Source of the DNA: Sphyrna mokarran
Taxonomy: Eukaryota
Length of the DNA: 64,000 bases
Reading direction: 5' to 3'
Assembly (NCBI GenBank): GCA_024679065.1
Contig: JAGIQG010000009.1
Coordinates: 81,778,001 to 81,842,000, forward strand
Of the stretch, positions 1 to 12,479 are shown one piece after another (the stretch's first letter is position 1; each line of letters opens with the position of its first letter). The notes below the pieces were generated by a model. That model did not search any database and was not told the DNA's origin. It saw only the letters and a program-made list of their open reading frames with translations. The position numbers and the translations under genes were made by a program.

Positions 1-255
1 ATTTGCATCAGAGGCCCAGCAATTTCACCTCGCACCTCCCTAAGCAGGCTGGGATAAATGCCATCCAGCCCAGGAGATTTATCAGTTTCAATGCTACCTA
101 GAAGCTCTAACACTTCCTCCCTTGGTATGGATATTTCCCTCAACTGGTCCACAGCTCCATCAGAGACAGGAGCTGTCAACAAGCCCCTCTCCTTCGTGAA
201 TACCGACGCAAAGTGTTCATTCAGGATCTCCGCCATTCCCTCGGGCTCGAAGCAC
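1..255 (-). mobile_element. CR1-type LINE ORF2 fragment
   Basis: Reverse strand reads like the KSPGxDGIYP...EIAGPL segment of CR1 ORF2. Confidence 0.7.
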
Positions 256-2523
256 AGTTCCCCTGTGGTTAACACTGCTGTCTAACAGCTCCAAGGACCT
301 GGGCTTGAGTTCCAGTGTGGATCACTGTGGAATGTGCACATTCTCCCCGTGTATACGTGGGTTTACTTTGGGTGCTCCAGATTCCTCCTACTGTCAAAGG
401 TGTGTGGGTTAGGTTGATTGGCCATGCTAAATTGCCCCTTAGTGTCCCAGAATGTGGAGGTTAGAGGGAGTAGTGATGTAAATGTGTGGGGTCGTAGCGA
501 TAGGACGTGGGATGGGATTGCTGATGGTGTAGATTCGATGGGCCGAATGGATTCCTTCTGCACGTTAGGGATTCTGTGGAAAATAATTTAACACATTCAG
601 GACCACTGTTATTTTCTACTTGGGGACAGGAGATCTGATATGGACACACAGATCAATAAGAATCTGACCTTTCAGCAAGTGACCTTTGAGATACAAAGAT
701 GTTATCGAAGATAAAGAATATGTGTTAATAAACATGTGAGACTTTCAATCTGGATACGAAGCTACACACATCAGGAAGAAGGAGTTTCAATTTTGATAGT
801 GGAAATTATAATTCTTACAAAGTTTAAAGGTTCAGGTTTGGATCCTGATAATGTTCTCAACAGGAAATGTTTATTGTAGAAGGTTTGACAACAATTGACA
901 CAAATCCAAATGCTGAAAGCTTCTGTGCTGAAAGAAGAGTTTAAAATGTGTTTGTCTCTTCACAAAATATAAACCCAAACGTTTGATGGATGCAATTTGT
1001 AGCAGGGTTAAAGAAGGCAGATCAACAATAAAACTATTCGGATCTGGAATCATTTTAAAATCACCAGCAACAATCTCCAGAGTTACTTTTGAGAGAGTAG
1101 AATGTTGTTTCAGGTGTAAAGACCCACACTGATGTTAAATGTGACACTAATGTCACTGTGTATGACATTAACACACACACTATTACATGAAGCTCCCGCT
1201 TTCTTCTCAATCACCTCTGTTTCCTGAACATTGAGATTTCCCTTTGTTCCAAAACAACATCCAATATTCTGTAACTCTGAGCTAAATCCAGTGAATAATT
1301 ATCACACACAGGTTATATGGCAGCATTCGGGATCCCTGACTCCTTTACGGTGACAAACTCTCATCGTGTGGGTCGGACCCTCACTGGTTATGTATTCAGT
1401 CCAAGGTGGGACAGAATGTTAAACATCGACACTAGCCCAGACCGAATGTCTCGGGTTGCAGTGGAGAGAACCCTGATCACAACCAGAAAGTTTCTGGAAC
1501 AAAGCAATGGAACAATCCCAAGGGGAAGGGGGCAGGTGAACCTGGTCAGCGGAAAGAGCAGGAAAGTGGAGGATTCAGTGAGAAATGGAGGGGAGATGGT
1601 GAGAATGCAGAATAAATGGAGGGAAGTAGGGAGGGTGACAGCAGCTGGTGAAACTGTTGGAGTTGAATAGTTAGTGTGTGTATTTGATGTTATCAGAGAC
1701 TGTTGCTATCCAAAGTGGTAGAGATGCTGATTGTAATAAGTGGAGGAGAGTGGATTTGGAAATAACTAACTAAAGGCTTTATTGATGAGAAAAACTATTT
1801 CCAATGAAGGGTTTAACAACACAAGCAGACAGATCTATTACCAACAACATCCTGACTCCAACTGAAGCCTCCAGTCCCAGGAATGATCACCCTCACTCCC
1901 AATTGGCCCAGGTTCACATCCTCACAGTCCATTGGCTCCGCTCTGGTCATGTGGCCTGTGAAGGATTGCCCCTTAAAGGGGCCAGGTTCACACACTCCTT
2001 CCCCTGGAACATCTTGAACTCCCTGTGATCAAACAAAAAGTACAACAGTTAACACACAGGCAGAGAAACAACAATATTACAGGAGGGACACCAGGGAAAG
2101 ACAGTTGATAATGTCAGCTGGTCCAGAGATTTCTGGAACCTTGCGGAATGCTGCAACTCTATCAGGGGCACTTCAGCAGCCATCGATACAGGATCCACTG
2201 ATGGGATGGATGTGCTAACCATCTCTGGAGCTCGGCCTTGGGCAGTTCCTTTTCTCTGCCTCACCCACCCAAGCCAGACGCTGCCTTGGCCACACGATGG
2301 ACATGGAATTGTCTTGTTCAGAGGCTGGTACACACAAACTGGTTACGGGGCCCAATTGCTCATCTCCTGGAGCTTGCTCTAGTCTCTTGCGTAGGTAACC
2401 AATATGTTCCTTGACTCCACAGCCCTGTGTCTCCCCCAAATATGAGACTGGTCCTGTCTTCTCCACAACTGGGTCCACCATCCAAATTTCCACTCAACAT
2501 GAGGTTGCCATCATGAAACAATC

Positions 2524-3349
2524 ATAGAACATAGAACATTACAGCACAGAACAGGCCCTTCGGCCTTCGATGTTGCGCCGACCAATATAAAAAGCAATGC
2601 CCCTCCAAACTAAACCATTCCCTTCTCTTCCATATACTTATCAACTAACCTCTTAAACGCCACCAAACTTGGCGCATCTACAACTGCTGCAGGCAGGGCA
2701 TTCCACTCCCGAACCACCCTTTGGGTAAAGAACCTACCTCTGATATCCGTCCTATAACTATCACCCCGTAATTTAAAGCTGTGTCCCCTCGTGCTAGCTT
2801 TCTCCATCCTAGGAAAAAGGCTATCACTGTCCACCCTATCTAAACCTCTAATCATCTTATATGTTTCAATAAGGTCCCCTCTTAGCTGCCTTCTTTCTAA
2901 CAAAAACAACTTCAAATCCCTCAGCCTCTCTTCATAAGACCTGCCCTCCATACCAGGCAACATCCTGGTAAAACTCCTCTGTACCCTCTCCAATGCCTCC
3001 ACATCTTTCTTATAATGTGGGGACCAGAACTGCACACAATACTCCAAGTGCGGCCGCACTAGAGTTTTGTACAGTTGCAACATGACGTTGCGGCTCCGAA
3101 ATTCAATCCCCCTACCAATAAAAGCTAAGACTCCGTATGTCTTCTTAACAACCTTCTCGACTTGACTGCCTACTTTCAGGGATCTATGCACATACACACC
3201 AAGATCCCTCTGTTCATCAAGACTACTAAGAATCCTACCATTAGCCCTATACTCTACACATTTATTATTTCTGCCATAGTGCATTACCTCACACTTTTCC
3301 ACATTAAACTCCATTTGCCACCTCTCAGCCCAGTTCTGCAACTTGTCCA
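2524..3349 (-). mobile_element. 5'-truncated CR1-type LINE, unit 1-specific, TSD AATC
   Basis: RT C-terminus in ORF 2610-3470; tail; empty site in unit 2 at ~33930. Confidence 0.95.
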
Positions 3350-3785
3350 AATCTGTCCCCTTTCTGACAGTCACGATACCCTTTCTGAGAGGCTCGCTGA
3401 GCCTCATCCTCCACAACAAATTTGGGAACAATAAATCTAAACAGGTACACAGGCATCGACCCATTAACAACTCTGCGGGTGTGACCCCGGCATGACCCCA
3501 GTGATGGCGTGAAGATAGGTCTTGTAGGACAGCAAATAACTGGCCAATCGCAATGGCAGCGGTTCATGAACCTGCTTCATATTTAGCCTTAACATCTGCA
3601 TGGCTCGCTCCACCAACCCATTCGAGGCAGGATGGTCGGGGGCTGGCCTGACATGACAAATGTGATTAGACTTGATCAAAGTGTGAAATTCATCAGCATG
3701 AATGCTGCTCCGTTGTCTGATAGCAACACTTCAGAAAGACCATGGATCACAAAGATCTGTTTCATTTTATCAATGGAAAACGATG

Positions 3786-5178
3786 GTTTTCGTTAGAAAG
3801 GAGGCAGCTAAGAGGAGACCTTATTGAAACATATAAGATGATTAGAGGTTTAGATAGGGTGGACAGTGATAGCCTTTTTCCTAGGATGGAGAAAGCTAGC
3901 ATGAGGGGACATAGACAGACCCCTGAGTGGTGTGCCTCAGGGGTCTGTTTTGGGGCCCCTGCTGTTTGTAATTTTTATAAATGATCTGGATGAGGGTATT
4001 GAGGGATGGATCAGTAAATTTGCAGATGATACTAAAGTTGGTGGTGTGGTAGATAGTGAAGAGGGGTGTTTTAGTTTACAGAGTGACTTGGACAAGTTGC
4101 AGAGCTGGGCCGAGAGGTGGCAAATGGAGTTTAATGTGGAAAAGTGTGAGGTAATGCACTTTGGCAGGAACAATAAATGTGTAGAGTATAGGGCTAATGG
4201 TAGGGCTCTTAATAGTGTTGAGGAACAGAAGGATCTTGGTATATGTGTCAATAGATCCCTGAAAGTAGGCAGTCAAGTGGATAAAGTTGTTAAGAAGGCT
4301 TATGGAGTCTTAGCTTTTATTGGTAGGGGGATTGAATTTAGGAGCCGCAGCATCATGTTGCAGCTGTACAAAACTCTAGTGCGGCCGCACTTGGATATTG
4401 TGTGCAGTTCTGGTCGCCACATTATAAGAAAGATGTGGAGGCATTGGAGAGGGTACAGAGGAGGTTTACTAGGATGTTGCCTGGTATGGAGGGCAGGTCC
4501 TATGAAGAGAGGTTGAAGGATTTGAGGTTGTTTTCGTTAGAAAGGAGGCGGCTAAGGGGGGATCTTATTGAAGCATATAAGATAATTAGAGGTTTGGATA
4601 GGGTGGACAGTGATAGCCTTTTTCCTAGGATGGAGAAAGCTAGCACGAGGGGACACAGCTTTAAATTAAGGGGTATGAGTTATAGGACGGATATCAGAGG
4701 TAGGTTCTTTACTCAAAGAGTGATTAGGGAGTGGAATGCCCTGCCTGCAGCTGTTGTAGATGCGCCAAGTTTGGTGGCGTTTAAGAGGTTAGTTGATAAG
4801 TATATGGATGAGAAGGGAATGGTTTAGTTAGGAGGGGCATTGCTTTTTAATTTGGTCGGCACAACATCGAAGGCCGAAGGGCCTGTTCTGTGCTGTATTG
4901 TTCTATGTTCTATGTTCTATAGCTTTAAATTAAGGGGTGGTGGTTATAGGACGGATGTCAGAGGTAGGTTCTTTACCCAGAGGATGGTAAGGGTATGGAA
5001 TGCCCTGCCTGCGTCAGTTGTAGATGCGCCAAGTTTGGTGGCGTTTAAGAGGTTAGTAGATAAGTTTATGGACGAGAAGGGAATGGTTTAGGTTAGAGGG
5101 TCATTGCTTTTTCCTAATTGGTCGGCGCAACATCGAAGGCTGAAGGGCCTGTTCTGCGCTGTAATGTTCTATGTTCTA
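3786..5178 (+). mobile_element. Composite CR1-type insertion (three joined pieces, two 3' tails), unit 1-specific
   Basis: Pieces ~3786-3912, ~3925-4919 and ~4918-5178; empty site in unit 2 at ~34360. Confidence 0.92.
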
Positions 5179-6194
5179 AATGGAGGATGTGATGGATCTC
5201 ATGAGCTGATCATCCAGTCACTTGGAATGGGCATCGAATAACACCAGGAACATCTGTCCAAAACCTACATGAAGCCGTGACCAAGAGAGTATGTTCACTG
5301 ATGGAAGTAACACTTGCTGAGTTGGACAACTCTCACACTGCCCAATGTGTTTGTTCAATGTCTCTGTCAATACCATAACTTCTGGCCAACACTATCATTC
5401 TGCTCTGGCCAGGATGGGCATCATGTAACTCTTGGAGCAGTGGTCATGCCAGGGGGTTGTTTTCTGACAGAGACCTCCCCAACATTAGCGCCCCCTCTTC
5501 ACAGAGTATCTGGTCCCTGCAATGTAAATACAGCTTCATTTATTCTGCCTTGTTGAAATGCCATCCGGTCAGTACCATTTTCTTGCCCTTTGCTAACATC
5601 AGCTCCGTATCTATCCACATCTGAATGTGGGCTGCTGAGACAGGCAGGGTGTCCAAATAATGCAGAGCCAAAACTATCTCCTGTGGAACAGGCGGTGATG
5701 GTATGGTCTGTGGTAGCAGCAGGCGGCTCAATGCATCTGCATTTGAGATCTGTGTTCCCGGCCTATGCTGGAAGGTTTAGCTGTTTAGTGCCAGCAGCAA
5801 TGCCCATCTCTGCACCCTGGCAGAGGCAATAGGTGGCACTGGTTTAATGTCCTGGAAAAGCCTCAATAATGGCTTATGGTCTGACATGATGGTGAAATGC
5901 TGCCCATAGACATATTGGTGAAATTTTTCACTGTGTGGATACCTGCTGGGATTTCTATGTCAATTTGTGAGTACATTTTGTGAACATTTAACGACGTCCT
6001 CGAAGAAAATGAATTTCGCCTCTCCATTCCATCTGCCATTTTATGGGACAGAATTGGTCCAACAGAAACAGGGATCACGGGTAGAAGTGGGAACATCGAA
6101 GTGGTGGCGTGGGCTCGTTGGGTCGAAGGGCCTGTTTCTCGTGCTATTTTGTTCTTTGTTCTTTGTTTTGACCTTGTTAGTCACTCTGACACTA

Positions 6195-6390
6195 AGGAGA
6201 AATTTAGCATGGCCAATCAGTCTAACTGCACATCATTGGACTGTGGGAGGAAACCAGAGCACCCAGAGGAAACTCACACAAACACGGGGAGAACATGCAA
6301 ATTCCACACAGACAGTGACTCGATGCTGGAATTGACCCTGGGTCCCTGGCGTTGTGAGGCAGCAGCGTTAACCACTGTGCCACCGTGCCA
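6195..6390 (-). mobile_element. V-SINE (HE1-like); paralog at ~35390-35575
   Basis: Reverse complement of the tRNA head and V-domain. Confidence 0.82.
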
Positions 6391-6627
6391 CCCCTTTCAC
6401 ACTGAGGTGATTCTATTAATATTGGTGAGGTTGAAATCCCCGACTACTATAGCCCTATTCCTCTCACACCTTTCTCTGTGATTTGCCTACATAACTGCTC
6501 CTCTATCTCCCTCTGAGTGTGGGGAGGGCTGTGCTATAATCCCATACAATGATTGCTCTTTATATTTCTCAGCTCCATCCATATGGCCTTATCTGAAGAG
6601 CGTTCCAACATATCCTGCCTCATTATC

Positions 6628-7263
6628 CAAGAAGGCATATGGTGTACTGGCTTTCATTAATAGAGGAATTGAGTTTAGGAGTCGGGAGGCAATGCTGCAA
6701 CTTTATAAGACACTTGTCAGACCCCACTTGGAGTATTGTGTGCAGTTCTGGTCGTCTCACTATAGGAAGGATGTGGAAGTTATTGAGAGGGTGCAGAGGA
6801 GATTTACAAGAATGTTGCCTGGTTTGGGGAGCATGCCTTATGAAGATAGGTTGAGAGAGCTAAGTCTCTTCTCCCTGGAGAGACGAAAGTTGAGAGGCGA
6901 CCTGATAGAGGTTTATAAGATGTTGAGAGTAATAGATAGGGTGGATTCTTGGAGGCTATTTCCCAGGGCTGAAATGGTCGCTATGAGAGGACACAGGTTT
7001 AAGGTGCTGGGGGGCAAGTACAGAGGAGATGTTAGAGGTAAGTTTTTCACTCAGAAGGTGATGAGTGAATGGAATCGGTTGCAGTCAGTGGTGGTAGAGG
7101 CGAACTCACTGGGGTCATTTAAGAGACTTCTGGATGAGTACATGGGAGTTAATGGGATTGGGTGTTACAGATAGTTCTATGGCCTGGTAGGTACTGATAT
7201 TATCGGCACAATATGCGGGCTGAAGGGCCTATTTGTGCTGTAGTGTTCTATATTCTATGTTCT
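6628..7263 (+). mobile_element. 5'-truncated CR1-type LINE, unit 1-specific
   Basis: ORF 6692-7174; ttctatg tail; empty site at ~35810. Confidence 0.92.
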
Positions 7264-9225
7264 ATTATTGCAGTGATGGTCTCTTTAATCGCTTACATCT
7301 TCACTACCATCACACCTGGAACTTCTATATCCTGGGATGTCAAGATACCAGTTCTGCCCTTCTTTCAATCATATCTCAGTGATTACAACAATCTCATATT
7401 TCCCCGTGCTGACCAACTCTCTAAGTTCATCTGCCTGACCAGACAGGCTCCTTGTATTAAAATAGATGCTGTTTAGCCTTCCAATCCTCCCTTGATAAGA
7501 CTTATCAAGCCCAAGTCTTCTCTGCCTGCTGGATTGACCAACATTTCCTTCTATATCTGACTGAACCTCATTCCCAACTGTCCATCTACTGTGTGTTCAT
7601 CCCCCACAAAGTATGACAAGGCCACAAATGATTCCGAATGGTTTGCTCAGGTCAAAGTGCACAAGCAATGACAATGATCAGAAAGCTGGTTTGACTTTTA
7701 CTAAAGTTTCTTTCTGTGTCTCCACAATTCCATCGCTGATGTTTTTTAAAAGCTCAGGGTGGTGGGTGGGGGTGCGGGGTGCAGTGCAGGATTGTTGCTG
7801 AGTTGAGCAGGAACCTTCTAATTGAGGAAGCTATTGGGAATCCGGCGATCAGGGAGGGGGCCGAGAATTGGGGGGATGAGGGATGGGAGCCATTGGGAAG
7901 GCATTCGGTTGGGGAAGGGGAGTAGGGGTGGGGGTTGGTATCGGTGATTGGATGGAGAGTTGTTGAAGGGGGCTGGCAACTGGGCAAAGAGGGATGGGCT
8001 TGGGCGTGGGGAGCCGGGGCCGGTGATTGGGGGGGAAGGTTGGGAGGCCAGTCGATTCGGGAAAGTGAGATTGGGGGTTGGGGGTGTCAGGGCCTGTGAT
8101 CGGAGGAGTGGGGGATTAGATTGGGGATGACTTCGCAAGGCAGGGATGAGGGAGTGTTGATCCTGGCCTCACAGATGGGATTAACCCCATCCACTGGTGT
8201 AAAACCCTGGCAGATTTTGTGAAATACTGAGTGCTGGAAATTCAACTGAGTAAATATGCCCAGAAAATGGTGGGAAAATGTCCTGTTTTCCTGCTGCAAT
8301 GGGCGCTTAGTTTTTCAGAAAATTTGACTACGTTTTTTCGAGGAAGTAATGGACAAACTATACATTGGACATGACCCACTAATAACACTCTGTCTACCTT
8401 CAACTCATTGTTTAACCTCCAACCCATCTCCTGTTCCAATCCAGATGTTTCAGTCAAGGAGTCAGATAGATCTACAGCACAGGAGGAGCCATTCAGCCCC
8501 TCATTTCTGTACTGGCTGTTTTACTAGAGTCAATCACAGCTGAGAGCTCGGTTTAATGTGTGTTGTGGGAAAGTGACTGGAATGTTTTATTAGAGACAGA
8601 ACGAGTGAGAAACATGAACTGATCAGAAAGAGTCAACACGAATTTTAAAAGATTCAGACATGTTCAACTAAGCTGCTTACATTTGTTAATGAGTCACTAA
8701 TGTGCTCGATAAAGGCATGTTCTGTATGTTATTTCTTTGTATTTCCAGAAGATATTTGGGAAGGTTCCATATGAGTGGCTGTGAATAAAAATGGAAGCAT
8801 ATGGAATTTGAAGAAAGCTTTTGCCATTGATAAGGAATTGGTTCAGAGATAGGAGACAGAGAGTAGGGATAATGTGTGTGTATTTTCCAATCAGCAAGCT
8901 GTGAATAGTGATGTCCCCAGGGATCTGTGCTGAAGCCTCAGCTTTTCACTATATTGGTCAATGACTTGGATGAAGGAATAGAGAGTCACATATCCAAGAT
9001 TACTGAGCACACTAAATTAGGCAGCTTGGAGGAGGTTACAGAGATAGGGAGGGTGCAGGATAGGGAGGGATTTGATAGGCAGAATGAGAATGTTAAAATC
9101 AGGGCATGGCTGGACCGGGGATCAATGTAGGTCAGTGAGAACAGGGGGTGATGGGTGAACAGGATTTGGTGTGAGTTCAGATCCAGGAAGCAGAGTTCTG
9201 GATGAGCTGATGATTACAGAGGGTG

Positions 9226-10051
9226 AACATAGAACATTACAGCGCAGAACAGGCCCTTCGGCCTTCGATGTTGTGCCGACCAATTATGAAAAAAGCAATG
9301 ACCCTCCAAACTAAACTATTCCCTTCTCTTCCATAAATTTATCAACTAACCTCTTAAACGCCACCAAACTTGGCGCATCTACAACTGCCGCAGGCAGGGC
9401 ATTCCACTCCCTAACCACCCTCTGGGTAAAGAACCTACCTCTGATATCCGTCCTATAACTATCACCCCTTAATTTAAAGCTGTGTCCCCTCGTGCTAGCT
9501 TTCTCCATCCTAGGAAAAAGGCTATCACTGTCCACCCTATCTAAACCTCTAATCATCTTATATGTTTCGATAAGGTCCCCTCTTAGCCGCCTCCTTTCTA
9601 ACGAAAACAACCTCAAATCCCTCAGCCTCTCTTCATAAGACCTGCCCTCCATACCAGGCAACATCCTGGTAAACCTCCTCTGTACCCTCTCCAATGCCTC
9701 CACATCTTTCTTATAATGTGGGGACCAGAACTGCACACAATACTCCAAGTGCGGCCGCACTAGAGTTTTGTACAGTTGCAACATGACGTTGCGGCTCCGA
9801 AATTCAATCCCCCTACCAATAAAAGCTAAGACTCCATATGCCTTCTTAACAACCTTATCGACTTGACTGCCTACTTTCAGGGATCTATGCACATATACAC
9901 CAAGATCCCTCTGTTCATCAACACTATTAAGAATCCTACCATTAGCCCTATACTCTACACATTTGTTATTCCTGCCAAAATGAATTATCTCACACTTTTC
10001 CACATTAAACTCCATTTGCCACCTCTCGGCCCAGCTCTGCAACTTGTCCAA
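9226..10051 (-). mobile_element. 5'-truncated CR1-type LINE, unit 1-specific, TSD GGTG
   Basis: Intact ORF 9311-10051; empty site at ~37755. Confidence 0.95.
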
Positions 10052-10429
10052 GGTGGTAGGTGTGAGATCGACCAGGACAGCATTGGAATAGTAATGTTCA
10101 GAGGGAACAAAGACACAGATGAGATTTTCAGCAGAAGATGATGTGAGGCAGGGGGCACACGGGAGATGTTACCAAGGTGGACATAGGTGTTCTTAGTGAT
10201 GGAGTGAATGATGTGGTGGGAAAATCATCTCAGGGTCAAATAGGACACCATGGCTGTGGACTGTGTGGGTCAGTGTCAGACACTTCAAAGGGTGAGGGAT
10301 GGAGTTTGTATCGGGAGCTGAAGACCATGGCTTTGATCTTCCCAATGTGTTTCCCAGTGAGCCTGGCTCCTCAGTCCTGACTGCTCTGAGCTGTTGTTCT
10401 TTTCACTGATTGGACAGTTATTGTTAGAG

Positions 10430-10568
10430 ATTCAGACCACAGCACAAATCCCCAGTGTCAAAAATAACTGCAAAGACTGTCAGATCGGAAGATTGAAACG
10501 TAACCAACAGAGGAAGTGAAAGAAGGAGCTCAGAGCAGCTGGATGTTTGTTACTGAGACGGGAGAAAA
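10430..10568 (+). promoter_or_regulatory. EICE-containing non-coding element upstream of V1
   Basis: ACCACA (RUNX) 10436, GGAAGTGAAA 10512-10521, CAGCTG 10536; paralogs at 39840-39975 (+) and 26147-26229 (-). Confidence 0.5.
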
Positions 10569-10599
10569 TGGTGAACCGTGTTCACTACCTCCAATCTCC

Positions 10600-11545
10600 C
10601 AGCACAGAAGGCACAGTGGGATACAGTCAGGAGGGAGTTATCCTGGGACATCACTGCAGGAGATCCTCAGGGTCGTGTCAGACACAACCATCTTCAACTG
10701 CTTCAGTAATGACCTTCAGAAGTGGGGATGTTCACTGATGATTGCACAATGCTCAGCACCATTCACAACTCCTCAGATATTGAAGCAGTCACATTCATGC
10801 CACATCAGTACCACGGAATCACCATCTCCAACATGAGAGAATTTTAACATCTCCCCTTGACATTCAATGTCATTACCATTGCTGAATCCCCCACTGTAAA
10901 ATCCTGTTGGTTATGATTGATCAGAAACTGAACTGGATCATCCTATAAATACTGTGGCTACAAGAGAAGGTCAGTGGATAGGAATCCTGCAGCGAGTAAC
11001 TCACATCCTGACTCTCCAAAGCCTCTCCACCATCTACAAGGCACAAGTCTGGAGTGTGATGGAATACTCTCCACTTGTCTGGATGAGTAGAGCTCCAGCA
11101 ACACTCAAAAAGCTCAACATCATCCAGGACAAAGCAGCCCCACTTGATTGTCACCCCATTCACAAACATTAAATCCCTCCACCACTGTCACACAGTGGCA
11201 GCAGTGTGTGCCATCTATAAGATGCCCTGCATGAACTCACCAAGGTTCCTGAGGCAGCACCTTTGAATACCATGACCACTATCATCTGGAAAGACAAGTG
11301 TAGCAGATCCCTGGGATCAACATCACCAGGAGATTCCCCTCCAAGCCACATGCCATTCTGAAATGGAAATACATCTCTGTTCATGCACTGTCGCTGGGTC
11401 AGAATCCTGGAAATCCCTCCCTAACAGCACTGTGGGTGTATGTACACCTCATGGACTGCAGCGGTTCATGAAATCAGTTCTTCACCACCATCTCAAGGAC
11501 AATTAGGGATGGGCAATAAATGTTGGGACACCCACATCCCGTCAA
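10600..11545 (+). mobile_element. Degenerate CR1/L2-group LINE of a different family (paralog ~40020-40985; antisense relatives ~21500-22350 and ~52450-53310)
   Basis: TIYKAQVxSVMEYSPLVWM...LNIIQDKAA, an RT C-terminal signature. Confidence 0.75.
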
Positions 11546-12312
11546 TGAATACATTTTTAATAATTCCTACTTTACACAATGTCCCATTCTGTGTGTTGAA
11601 GTCTGGATCCTGTCAGCAGGATATTCACCACTGTGTCTAATTCTGTCTCCAACCAAAATCCACACAGAACCTGAACTTATATAGCACTGTAGTGTACAAC
11701 ATAGCCCATTGTGTTTCACAGAGCAGCATAAGAGGAATGGGGAAGGGGCTGGGGGTAGTATAGAAAGAGAGGTCGAAGGCTTGGGTGAAAGAATTTGATT
11801 GGGAGAAAGATTTGGAGAGGGGGGTGGATTAAGGATGAGAGGTCAGAAAGCAGGGCCTGGGTATCTGAAGACCCTACTGTCAATGGTGGGAGGAAGGAAG
11901 CAGCGATTGGCCAGGGAGCAGAATCAGCAGATGGAAGGTGAGGGAGAAATGTGAATCTGGAGCAGGAACACAAGGATAGGGAGGAGTGAGGCCATGGAGG
12001 GAATTGGAGGGCATTGAGGTCAGAGGTAACAGGTCAGTGAGGAGAGGGCTAGATCATAGAGATCAGGAGTGGTGTTGGAACGAAACTTCGTGTGAGAGAG
12101 AGTCTGGTCCCACTGCATTTGGGACAAGCTGGGGTTTATGGAGTGTGGATGAAGGGAGCTGGGAGGAGATATCAGAATAATAGAATTCGTAGGTGGGACA
12201 TGCAGGGATAAGAGTTACTGTGCTTAAGGGAATGATGTAGTATAGAGACGGATAATGATGTGGAAATAAGAAGCTGACGTGATGGAGAGGATGAGTTTGA
12301 AGCTCAGCTGCT

Positions 12313-12415
12313 GGAGGCTCCAGTGGGAAGCAGGCCCATGTTTACTGGTCCCTATTGGAGGTTCCAGTGGGAAGGAGGCCCATGTTTACTGGTCCCTATT
12401 GGAGGCTCCAGTGGG
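12313..12415. repeat. 44-bp tandem repeat, ~2.3 copies
   Basis: Unit ggaggctccagtgggaaggaggcccatgtttactggtccctatt. Confidence 0.9.
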
Positions 12416-12479
12416 ACATGGACATCATGGTCGATATGGAGCAGTTTCTTTCTATTATACATAATTCATTGTCCACCTT

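Noticed and set aside
1-8. Perfect octamer ATTTGCAT
   Set aside because: Lies inside an antisense CR1 coding fragment 16 kb from any V promoter; chance occurrence
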